64,000 bases of DNA from assembly GCA_964434535.1 (NCBI GenBank), contig CAYSWA010000002.1, positions 78,184 through 142,183 of the forward strand, in the 5' to 3' direction. Origin of the DNA: an uncultured candidatus Brocadiaceae bacterium. Lineage in GTDB: Bacteria; Planctomycetota; Brocadiia; SM23-32. The position numbers were made by a program, and so were the translations under genes. Positions 45,511-53,470 of the stretch are shown in pieces. Below the pieces are notes generated by a model. It had not been told where the DNA came from and did no database searches. It saw nothing but the letters and a program-made list of their open reading frames with translations. Position 1 is the first letter of the stretch, and every line of letters begins with the position of its first letter.

Positions 45511-45612
45511 GCCGGCCGCGTGCGTGACGGCACTTGACGAAGGCTGTTCTTGTGCATAGTGTGAAGGCACGGAACCGAACCAGGCAGAACGCAGACGCCG
45601 GAGGCGCCGAAG

Positions 45613-48042
45613 ATGGCCGTTGAGATGGAACAGGGAAAGCAGCAGGAAACCGAGAGCGCGATCGGCCAGGTGCGCAAGCGCGACGCCCGGCTGGTGCCCT
45701 TTGACCAGTCCAAGATCGCCGACGCGATCTTCAAGGCCGCCCAGGCCGTCGGGGGCGAGGACCGCGTGCTGGCCGAGGAGCTCGCCGCGATGGTCACCAT
45801 GTTCCTGGAGCGCGACTTCACCGACCGCCCGCCGGGCATCGAGGAGATCCAGGACACCGTCGAGAAGGTGCTGATCGAGACCGGCCACGCCCGCACGGCC
45901 AAGGCATACATCCTCTACCGCGACCGCCGCGCCCGCGTGCGCCAGCTCCTGCAAGTGCGCAAGCCCGTGCGCCAGCGCTCCGGCTCGACCGACATCGCCC
46001 TGCTGGTCAACGCCGACAGCCAGGACGAACTGCACGAGTGGGACAAGGCGAAGATCGCCCGCGCCCTCGAAGTCGAGGCCGACCTGGCGCCCCAGCTCGC
46101 CCGCCGCATCGCCAGCGAGGTCGAGCGCCGCGTGATGGCCAGCGGGCTGACACGCATCTCCACCAGCCTGATCCGCGAGCTGGTCGACAACGAGCTCTTC
46201 GAGCGCGGCCTGACCGCCCGGCTGAAGCGCCAGGCCATGGTCGGCATGCCCAAGTACGACCTGGACCAGATCATCCGCTCCAAGAGCAAAGAGAACGCCA
46301 ACATCGCCCAGAACAACCCCGAGGCGATCAACCTCGCCGTCGCCGAGCACACGCTCAAACAGTTCGCCCTCCAGGAGGTCTTCAGCGACGAGGTCGCCGA
46401 GGCCCACATGCTGGGCAAGATCCACGTGCACGACCTCGGCTACCCCACCCGCGTCTACTGCTCCAGCCATTCCCTGGAATACCTGAAGAAGTACGGCCTG
46501 CACCTGGAGAACCTGGACACCTCCAGCGCCCCCGCCAGGCACGCCCGCACCCTGACCGGCCACCTGAACACCTTCCTGGCCTCGATGCAGGCATACTACG
46601 CCGGCGCCCTCGGCGTCGGCTACATCAACATCCTCTATGCGCCCTACCTCGAGAAGATGTCCTACCGCCAGATGGAGCAGGAGGCCCAGCACCTGATCTT
46701 CAGCTCCTCGCAGAACGCCTTCAGCCGCGGCGGGCAGACGCTGTTCCTGGACTTCAACGTCCACACCGGCGTGCCCCGCTACCTGAAGGACGTCCCCTCG
46801 ATCGGGCCCGGCGGCGTCTACGACGGGCGCACCTACGGCGACTACGAGAAGACGGCCCAGCGCTTCTGCCAGGCCATGCTCGACGTGTGGCGCGCCGGCG
46901 ACCAGCACGGCAACCTGTTCGCCTTCCCCAAGTGCGACCTGCACATCAGCGCCGAGACCTTCGAGGACCCCGCCCAGCGCGAGATCCTCAGCTACGCCTG
47001 CCAGGTCGCCGCCGAGAACGGCGTGCCCTACTTCATCTTCGACCGCGACGAGGTGACCCTCAGCGCCTGCTGCCGCCTGCGCACCACGATCCAGGACGAC
47101 TACATGATCCGCCACCCGGAGAGCATGCGCTTCTGCGGGTTCCAGAACGTCACCATCAACATGCCCCAGGCGGCCTATCGCGCCGGACGGGGCAACTGGG
47201 AGGCGCTCTACGACGAGGTGGACCGCATGATCGACCTCGCCATGGAGGCCCACCACCAGAAGCGCCGCTTCATCGCCGGGCTCATGGCCGACCCGAGCGG
47301 CCCCCTCTGGCAGATCGGCAAGACCGCCGCCGACGGGCGCCCCTACGTCGACCTGAACAAGGCCACCTACATCATCGGCCTGATCGGCCTGAACGAGTGC
47401 ATGCTCTACATGACCGGCCGGGAGCTGCACGAGGACCCCGAGCTGATCCGCAAGGGCCTCCGGCTGATCCGGCACATGCAGTTCCGCGCGCGCGAGACCG
47501 GCCGCGAGCACGGCATGCGCGTCGCCCTGGAGGAATCGCCCGCCGAGAGCGCCGCCCGCCGACTGGCCAAGGTCGACCTGCGCCGCTTCCCCGAGGCCGA
47601 AGGCATCGTGCGCGGCAACCTGGAGCAGGACGAGATGTACTACACCAACAGCATCCACCTGCGCGCCGACGCCCCGCTGGACCTGCTCACCCGCATCCGC
47701 CTCCAGAGCAAGTTCCACCGGGCCATCGAGAGCGGCGCCATCATCCACGCCTTCGTCGGCGAGGAGCGCCCGCCCGCCGCCAGCATCTTCAACCTGGTCG
47801 AGAAGACCTACCGCCAGACCCAGGCCGCCCAGCTCACCGTCAGCCCCGAGTTCACCATCTGCAACGACTGCCACCGGGCCACCCCGGGCCTGAAGGAAAG
47901 GTGCGGACACTGCGCCAGCCCGGACGTCTACGGCATGACGCGCGTGGTCGGCTACTTCAGCCGCATCCACAACTGGAACAAGTCCAAGATCGGCGAGCTG
48001 AACGACCGCCGCCGCGGCAACTACAGCGTCGCCATGACGTAG
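45613..48042 (+). CDS. nrdD: anaerobic ribonucleoside-triphosphate reductase (class III)
   Basis: N-terminal ATP-cone (VRKRDARLVPFDQSKI). C-terminal Zn site CNDC...CGHC and glycyl-radical motif TRVVGYFS. Confidence 0.95.
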   Translation: MAVEMEQGKQQETESAIGQVRKRDARLVPFDQSKIADAIFKAAQAVGGEDRVLAEELAAMVTMFLERDFTDRPPGIEEIQDTVEKVLIETGHARTAKAYILYRDRRARVRQLLQVRKPVRQRSGSTDIALLVNADSQDELHEWDKAKIARALEVEADLAPQLARRIASEVERRVMASGLTRISTSLIRELVDNELFERGLTARLKRQAMVGMPKYDLDQIIRSKSKENANIAQNNPEAINLAVAEHTLKQFALQEVFSDEVAEAHMLGKIHVHDLGYPTRVYCSSHSLEYLKKYGLHLENLDTSSAPARHARTLTGHLNTFLASMQAYYAGALGVGYINILYAPYLEKMSYRQMEQEAQHLIFSSSQNAFSRGGQTLFLDFNVHTGVPRYLKDVPSIGPGGVYDGRTYGDYEKTAQRFCQAMLDVWRAGDQHGNLFAFPKCDLHISAETFEDPAQREILSYACQVAAENGVPYFIFDRDEVTLSACCRLRTTIQDDYMIRHPESMRFCGFQNVTINMPQAAYRAGRGNWEALYDEVDRMIDLAMEAHHQKRRFIAGLMADPSGPLWQIGKTAADGRPYVDLNKATYIIGLIGLNECMLYMTGRELHEDPELIRKGLRLIRHMQFRARETGREHGMRVALEESPAESAARRLAKVDLRRFPEAEGIVRGNLEQDEMYYTNSIHLRADAPLDLLTRIRLQSKFHRAIESGAIIHAFVGEERPPAASIFNLVEKTYRQTQAAQLTVSPEFTICNDCHRATPGLKERCGHCASPDVYGMTRVVGYFSRIHNWNKSKIGELNDRRRGNYSVAMT

Positions 48043-48089
48043 AGGAGAACGATTCCCCCGTTCCCGCGAACCGAAAGGGAGGCAGCGCG

Positions 48090-48362
48090 GTGATCATCGA
48101 GATCTACGGCAAGCAGGACTGTAAGCTCTGCGAGAGCGCCAAGAAGAAAGTCGCCCACTTCCTGAAGAAGTGGGAGTTGAGCGAGTCGGTCCGCGTGGTC
48201 TTCCAGGACATGGAGACCGAGGAAGGCGCGGCCGAGGGGGACTTCTTCGACGTCTTCGACATCCCCTCGGTGCTCCTGAAGCAGGACCGCAACGCCGTGG
48301 TCGCCCGCTGGGACGGCGCCCCGCCCCCGAGCGAAGAGCTCCAGCGCCGCCTCAGCGCCTGA
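48090..48362 (+). CDS. thioredoxin-fold (glutaredoxin/NrdH-like) small redoxin
   Basis: GTG start 8 nt after AAGGGAGG. VIIEIYGKQDCKLCESAKKKV (beta-strand plus CxxC). It is the tail of the spurious ORF 46038..48362. Confidence 0.7.
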   Translation: MIIEIYGKQDCKLCESAKKKVAHFLKKWELSESVRVVFQDMETEEGAAEGDFFDVFDIPSVLLKQDRNAVVARWDGAPPPSEELQRRLSA

Positions 48363-48374
48363 CAAGCGGCCTGA

Positions 48375-48565
48375 CCACCACGACACGACGAGCACAACGG
48401 ACGGCACGGCACCAAGAGAGGTAAGCTCAATGAGAGCCCGCACGGCGGCGAAGATCTGCCACCTGTTGCCTTCTTCGTTCTCCCGTTGATCCTCGCCGCC
48501 CGCCGCAGTTGCCGTTCGTCGTGCCGTCGTGGTTGCCTCGCCGTTCTCCGTGTCTCCGTGTTGGA
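48375..48565. repeat. long imperfect palindrome built from module A copies, inside the nrd operon
   Basis: The left arm ACCACCACGACACGACGAGCACAACGGACGGCACGG is roughly complementary to the right arm GCCGTTCGTCGTGCCGTCGTGGTT. An inner inverted pair is GGCGGCGAAGATC / GATCCTCGCCGCC. It ends with GCCGTTCTCCGTGTCTCCGTG. Confidence 0.7.
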
Positions 48566-48576
48566 CGGGTCTTGAG

Positions 48577-49320
48577 ATGCAGATCAAAGAGTTCATCGAG
48601 AGCAGCCTGATCGAGTGGGAGGGCAAGATCGCCTCCGTGCTCTTCCTGCCCGGCTGCAACCTGCGCTGCCACTACTGCCACGCCGCCCACCTGGTCTGCC
48701 ATCCCGAGCGGACCGAGTCCATCCCGCTCGGGCAGGTGCTCGACTCCATGCGCCGCCAGGGCGAGTGGCTCGACGGGGCCGTGATCACCGGCGGCGAGCC
48801 GACCCTCCACGAGGGGGACCTGCTCGACCTGATCGACGAGCTGCACGACGTGCCGCTGGAGGTCATGGTCGAGACGAACGGCACGCGCCCCGGATGGGTC
48901 GCCCGCCTGGTCCAGGACGGCCGCCTGGAGGCGATCGCGATGGACGTGAAGGCGCCCCTGACCGCCGAGGACTACCGGCGCGTCGCCGGCGCCGACGTCG
49001 AGGTCGAGGCCGTGCGCCGCTCGATCCGGCTGATCAAGCGGAGCGGCCTTGCCCACGAGTTCCGCATCACCGTCGTGCCCGGCCTGGTCGGCGAGGGCGA
49101 GGTGGCCCGGATCGCCCCCGAGCTGGAGGGCGCCGACGTCGTCGCCCTGCAGAACTTCCTGCCCGACCACTGCCTCGAGCCCGCCCTGCGCGAGGTGCGC
49201 CCCTTCGAGCCGGAGGCGCTCGATGAGATGGCCGAGCTGCTGCGGCCCGTCGCCGAGCGCCTCGTCGTGCGCGGGCGGGACCACGCGGCCATGGCCGGCA
49301 GCCCGCCGGCGGGGTCATAG
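48577..49320 (+). CDS. nrdG: anaerobic ribonucleoside-triphosphate reductase activating protein (radical SAM)
   Basis: Start at MQIKEFIESSLIEWEGKIASVLFLPGCNLRCHYCH (CxxxCxxC), then ITGGEPT. Part of ORF 48529..49320. Confidence 0.88.
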   Translation: MQIKEFIESSLIEWEGKIASVLFLPGCNLRCHYCHAAHLVCHPERTESIPLGQVLDSMRRQGEWLDGAVITGGEPTLHEGDLLDLIDELHDVPLEVMVETNGTRPGWVARLVQDGRLEAIAMDVKAPLTAEDYRRVAGADVEVEAVRRSIRLIKRSGLAHEFRITVVPGLVGEGEVARIAPELEGADVVALQNFLPDHCLEPALREVRPFEPEALDEMAELLRPVAERLVVRGRDHAAMAGSPPAGS

Positions 49321-49353
49321 GTCGTATAGGTCCTACTTGGGCCTATTGACGCC
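49316..49353. repeat. ATAGGTCCT-type 9-mer tandem repeat (downstream of nrdG, upstream of smc)
   Basis: CATAGGTCGT ATAGGTCCT ACTTGGGCCT ATTGACGCC. It shares the 11-mer ATAGGTCCTAC with 53437-53447. Confidence 0.65.
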
Positions 49354-49455
49354 GTTTTTCCTCTCCGGTTTTCCGGCGGTTCTCTTCGGCCGGCGGCCCT
49401 CCTTGGAGCCCGGCGCGCCCTACGTAACGCATTGGCCTGCCGCTTCTTAGGGCGC

Positions 49456-49505
49456 CCTGCGCCGGGCGGCATCGCGGGGCGGCCGCCGCCTGCGCCGGGC
49501 GGCAT
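49456..49505. repeat. 17-nt direct repeat, two copies 33 nt apart
   Basis: CCTGCGCCGGGCGGCAT at 49456-49472 and again at 49489-49505, upstream of the putative smc promoter (TGATTT-N17-TAGAAT, 49505-49533). Confidence 0.6.
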
Positions 49506-49670
49506 GATTTCGCCCGGCCGGTTCGCGTAGAATCCGCCCTGTTGTGACCCTGACGACATCGAGACACGCGCGCGAGATCGCCACGCCACGCCGGCAGGGC
49601 CGCCCCGCAGGCCCCCTGACCGGGCGTTCGGCCCGGTCCGCCCCGTCCACGTCCTGACGGAGCAGCAGAC

Positions 49671-52600
49671 GTGAAGCTGAAGAAACTCGAACTCTACGGG
49701 TTCAAGTCCTTCGCGGACCGGACGGCCTTCGAGTTCGAGGACAGCCTCTCGGCCCTGGTCGGCCCGAACGGCTCGGGCAAGAGCAACGTCGTCGACGCCA
49801 TCAAGTGGGTGCTGGGGGAGCGCAGCGCCCAGAAGCTGCGCGGCGCCGAGATGGCGAACCTGATCTTCGACGGCGGCAAGTCGCGCAAGCCTCTCAGCTT
49901 CGCCGAGGTCAAGCTCACCATCGACAACGCCGACGGCTGGCTGCCGGTCGACTACGAAGAGGTCTGCATCGCCCGCAAGACCGACCGCACCGGCCAGAGC
50001 GAGTATTCCCTGAACGGGCAGCAGTGCCGGCTCAAAGACATCCGCCACCTGCTGCTCGACACGGGCGTCGGCACCAGCTCCTACAGCTTCATCGAGCAGG
50101 GCCAGATCGACCAGCTCCTGCGAGCCAGCGCCTCCGAGCGGCGCCAGGTCTTCGAGGAGGCGGCCGGGATCAACCGCTTCCTGGAGCAGAAGCGCGAGGC
50201 CGAACGCAAGCTCGAACGCGTCGGCCAGAACCTGCTGCGCGTCGGCGACCTGATCGAGGAGCTCCAGCGCCAGCTGCGCAGCGTCAAGTACCAGGCCGGC
50301 CGCGCCCGCACCTTCAAAAAGCAGACCGAGCAGCTCCAGCGCCTGCGCCTGGCCGACGGCCTGCACAGCCTGCGCCGCATGCAGGCCGAGGCAGAGCGCC
50401 TCTCGGCCGAGATCGAGGCCGTCACCGCCCGCAAGGCCGAGCTCACCGCCGAGCTGGCCGCCGCCGGGGAGGGCCTGGAGGCCGCGCGCGACGAGCTCCA
50501 GCGCACCCAGGACGGCCTGGCCGAGTCGCGCCAGCGCCTCGCCCGCGTCGAGGCCCGCCTGGAGAGCCTCGCCCGCGAGGCCGAGCTGAGCGCACGCCGC
50601 GCCGAGGAGCTGGACGGCCGCCTCGCCGAGCTGGACGGCCGGCGCCGCGAGCTTCAGCAGCGCCTCGAAGGGCTCGAGCGGGAAGCGGGCGAGGCCGAGG
50701 CCGGCCGGGACGAGTGCGCCCGCGAACTCGCCGCCGGGCAGGCCGAGCTCGAGGCCCGACGAACGGAGATCGAGCGCCTGCGGGCCGCCTGCCGCGAGGC
50801 CGAGCAGGGGCTGGAGGCGCGCAAGTCCGAGGTCTTCGACCTCTTCCAGCAGGACGCCCACCTGCGCAACCAGATCGAAGTGCTCGGCGCCGAGAAGCGC
50901 GCCCTCCAGAACCGCCTCCAGCGCGTCGAGGAGCGCCGGGGCAAGCTGAGCCGCCAGGTCGACGAGACCGCGGCCGAACGGGCCCGCGCCCAGCAGAACC
51001 TGGAGGCCGTCCGCGCCCGCCAGGGCGAACTGCGCGGGCGCGCCGAGGAAGTCGGCGCCGCCCTCGCCGACGCCGAGCGACGCCTGGAAGACATCGACGC
51101 ACGCCGGGCCGAGGCAAAGGCCGAACTGAGCGGCAAGGCCGCCCGGCGCGACCTGCTGCGCGACCTGGAGCGCCGCGGCGAGGGCGTCGGCTCCGGGGTC
51201 AGGCGCCTGATCGAGGCCGCGCTGGGGGGCCGGGTCGGCCTGGTGGCCGAGCAGATCGACGCGCCGCTGGAGCTGGCGCCGGCCGTCGAGGCCGCGCTCG
51301 GACCCGCCGTCCAGGCCGTGATCTTCGGCGGAACGGCCGATGCCGTCGCCGCGCTCGACGCGCTCGGAGCCGAGCCGTCCGGCCGCGTCGAGCTGATCGT
51401 CCTCGACCGATTGCCCCCGCGCCGCGAGGGCGGCCTGGGGCTGACGCCCGGGCTCGAGGGCCCGCTCAGCGGCATGGTCGGCTGCACCCAGGAGGGCCGC
51501 CCCGCCGTCGAGCGCCTGCTCGGCGGCGCCTACCTCTGCGAGGACCGGTCGCGGGCGCTCGCCCTGGCGCGAGCCGGGCTGCCGGACGGCATCGTGCTGG
51601 TGACCCCGCAGGGCGAACGTTTCGGGGCCGACGGCACCTGGGCGGCGGGCGCGCCCGAGGCCGCGGGCCTGATCAGCCGCCGCAGCGAACTCGCCGCGCT
51701 CGACGCCGAGGTCGAGCACCTGCGGGACGCACTGGCCGGGCTGGGCGAACGGCGGGAAGCCGTCCAGGCCGAGCGCGTCGAGCTGGCGAAGCGCGCCGAG
51801 GCGCTGGAGGGCCGCGCCGCTGAGCTGGCCCGCAGCGCCGGCGAGGTCCAGAGCCACCTGCGCGTGGTCGGCGAGCGGGGCCGGGAGCTGCGCGAAGAGC
51901 TGCACCTGGGCCAGGCCGAGGCCGACTCGCTGCGCAGCGACGTGGCGGACATCGAGTCGCGCTCGGCCGAGCTGGCCCGCCGCGCGGAGGAGGTCCGCCG
52001 GGAGCGAAGCGCCGCCCAGAACTCCGCCGAGGCCGACCAGGAGCGCCTGCGCGAGATGCAGCAGCGCCGCCAGGCCGTCGCCGAGGAGCTGAGCGCCCTG
52101 GCCAGCGAGCTGGCCCGCAGCCGCGAGCAGCAGCGCGCGCTGGAGGACCTGGCCGGGCGGCTGGGCGCCGACGCCCGCCGGGCGCGGGCCGAGCTGGAGT
52201 CGCTGGCCGGCGAGAGCGAGAGCGGGCTGCGCCGGCGCGATGAGGCCCGGCGCGCCGCCGAGGCCGCCCGCGCGGAGGGCCGCCGCCTGGAGGCCGAGAA
52301 GGCGGCGCTGAGCGAGGCGCTCCAGTCCGAGTCGGCCGGTCTCCAGGCCGTCCGCGAGCGGATAGACGCCCTCGCGGCGCGCTCGCAGGAGCTGGCCGAG
52401 GCGCGCGAGGCGGTCGAAGAGCGGCTCGGCGGGCTGCGCATCGCGGAGAACGAGACGACGGTGAAGATGCAGGACATGCTCGAGCGGGTCGCCGAGGACT
52501 ACGGGGTGCGCCTGGAGGCCCTGCGCCGCGATCCGGAGAGCTGGCGGGAGGAATCGCCCTTCACCGCGCGCCCGATCCGCGAGTTCACCGAGGAGGCGGC

Positions 52601-53435
52601 CGAGCCGGAGCCGGCCGAGCCGGTGGCGGCCTGGTTCCGCGAGGCCGACGCCGACGGGCAGGGCGAGGAAGAGGAGCAGCCGCCCGAGCCCGTCTCGCTG
52701 GAGGAGGCGGTCGAGCTGCGCCGGGCCGTGATCGAGATGGCCGACGATGAGGCGACCGACTGGGGCCGGGTCAGGTCGCAGATAGCCCGCCTGAAGGCGA
52801 AGGTGGACCGGGTGGGCAACGTGAACGTGGCCGCCATCCGCCAGCAGGAGGAGCTGGAGGTGCGCCTCCAGTTCCTGACCGACCAGAAGGAGGACCTCGA
52901 GAGCGCCCGCCGCCACCAGCGCGAGATCATCCGCGAGCTGAACAAGAAGAGCCGCGAGCGCTTCCGCGAGACCTTCGAGCAGGTGCGGCAGAACTTCCAG
53001 GCCCTCTTCCGCAAGCTCTTCGGCGGGGGCAGCGCCGACCTGCTGCTGGACGAGGAGGCCGAAGACGTGCTGGAGGCCGGCGTCGAGATGGTGGCCCGCC
53101 CGCCGGGCAAGGAGACCAGTTGCGTGACGCTGCTCAGCGGCGGCGAGAGGGCGCTGACCACGCTGGCGCTGCTGTTCGCCATGTTCCAGGCCAAGCCGAG
53201 CCCGTTCTGCCTGCTGGACGAGGTGGACGCCCCGCTGGACGACAGCAACGTGGAGCGCTTCCTGATGCTGCTGGGCGAGTTCCGGCGCGACACCCAGTTC
53301 GTGATCATTACCCACAACAAGATCACGATGAGCGTGGCGCAGGTGCTCTACGGGCTGACGATGGCGGACGGGGTGAGCAAGAAGATCGCGGTGAAGTTCG
53401 AGGAGGTGGATCGGAGCCTGGACCAGGCGGCCTGA
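49671..53435 (+). CDS. smc: chromosome segregation protein SMC
   Basis: GTG start. MKLKKLELYGFKSFADRT...GPNGSGKSNVVDA (Walker A), long coiled coils with a central hinge, C-terminal LSGGERALTTLALLFA and LLDEVDAPLD. Confidence 0.95.
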   Translation: MKLKKLELYGFKSFADRTAFEFEDSLSALVGPNGSGKSNVVDAIKWVLGERSAQKLRGAEMANLIFDGGKSRKPLSFAEVKLTIDNADGWLPVDYEEVCIARKTDRTGQSEYSLNGQQCRLKDIRHLLLDTGVGTSSYSFIEQGQIDQLLRASASERRQVFEEAAGINRFLEQKREAERKLERVGQNLLRVGDLIEELQRQLRSVKYQAGRARTFKKQTEQLQRLRLADGLHSLRRMQAEAERLSAEIEAVTARKAELTAELAAAGEGLEAARDELQRTQDGLAESRQRLARVEARLESLAREAELSARRAEELDGRLAELDGRRRELQQRLEGLEREAGEAEAGRDECARELAAGQAELEARRTEIERLRAACREAEQGLEARKSEVFDLFQQDAHLRNQIEVLGAEKRALQNRLQRVEERRGKLSRQVDETAAERARAQQNLEAVRARQGELRGRAEEVGAALADAERRLEDIDARRAEAKAELSGKAARRDLLRDLERRGEGVGSGVRRLIEAALGGRVGLVAEQIDAPLELAPAVEAALGPAVQAVIFGGTADAVAALDALGAEPSGRVELIVLDRLPPRREGGLGLTPGLEGPLSGMVGCTQEGRPAVERLLGGAYLCEDRSRALALARAGLPDGIVLVTPQGERFGADGTWAAGAPEAAGLISRRSELAALDAEVEHLRDALAGLGERREAVQAERVELAKRAEALEGRAAELARSAGEVQSHLRVVGERGRELREELHLGQAEADSLRSDVADIESRSAELARRAEEVRRERSAAQNSAEADQERLREMQQRRQAVAEELSALASELARSREQQRALEDLAGRLGADARRARAELESLAGESESGLRRRDEARRAAEAARAEGRRLEAEKAALSEALQSESAGLQAVRERIDALAARSQELAEAREAVEERLGGLRIAENETTVKMQDMLERVAEDYGVRLEALRRDPESWREESPFTARPIREFTEEAAEPEPAEPVAAWFREADADGQGEEEEQPPEPVSLEEAVELRRAVIEMADDEATDWGRVRSQIARLKAKVDRVGNVNVAAIRQQEELEVRLQFLTDQKEDLESARRHQREIIRELNKKSRERFRETFEQVRQNFQALFRKLFGGGSADLLLDEEAEDVLEAGVEMVARPPGKETSCVTLLSGGERALTTLALLFAMFQAKPSPFCLLDEVDAPLDDSNVERFLMLLGEFRRDTQFVIITHNKITMSVAQVLYGLTMADGVSKKIAVKFEEVDRSLDQAA

Positions 53436-53470
53436 ATAGGTCCTACGGGTCCTATAGGACCTATGACCGG
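53436..53470. repeat. ATAGGTCCT-type 9-mer tandem repeat filling the smc / kinase convergent gap
   Basis: AATAGGTCCT ACGGGTCCT ATAGGACCT ATGACCGG. It contains the perfect 14-bp palindrome GGTCCTATAGGACC (53448-53461). Confidence 0.65.

Noticed and set aside
49671-53435. SMC protein as part of a defence system (Lamassu or Wadjet-like).
   Set aside because: Its length (1254 aa), its canonical head motifs and hinge, and its housekeeping neighbourhood fit the chromosomal condensin SMC. No LmuA/LmuC or JetABCD-like partners are adjacent.
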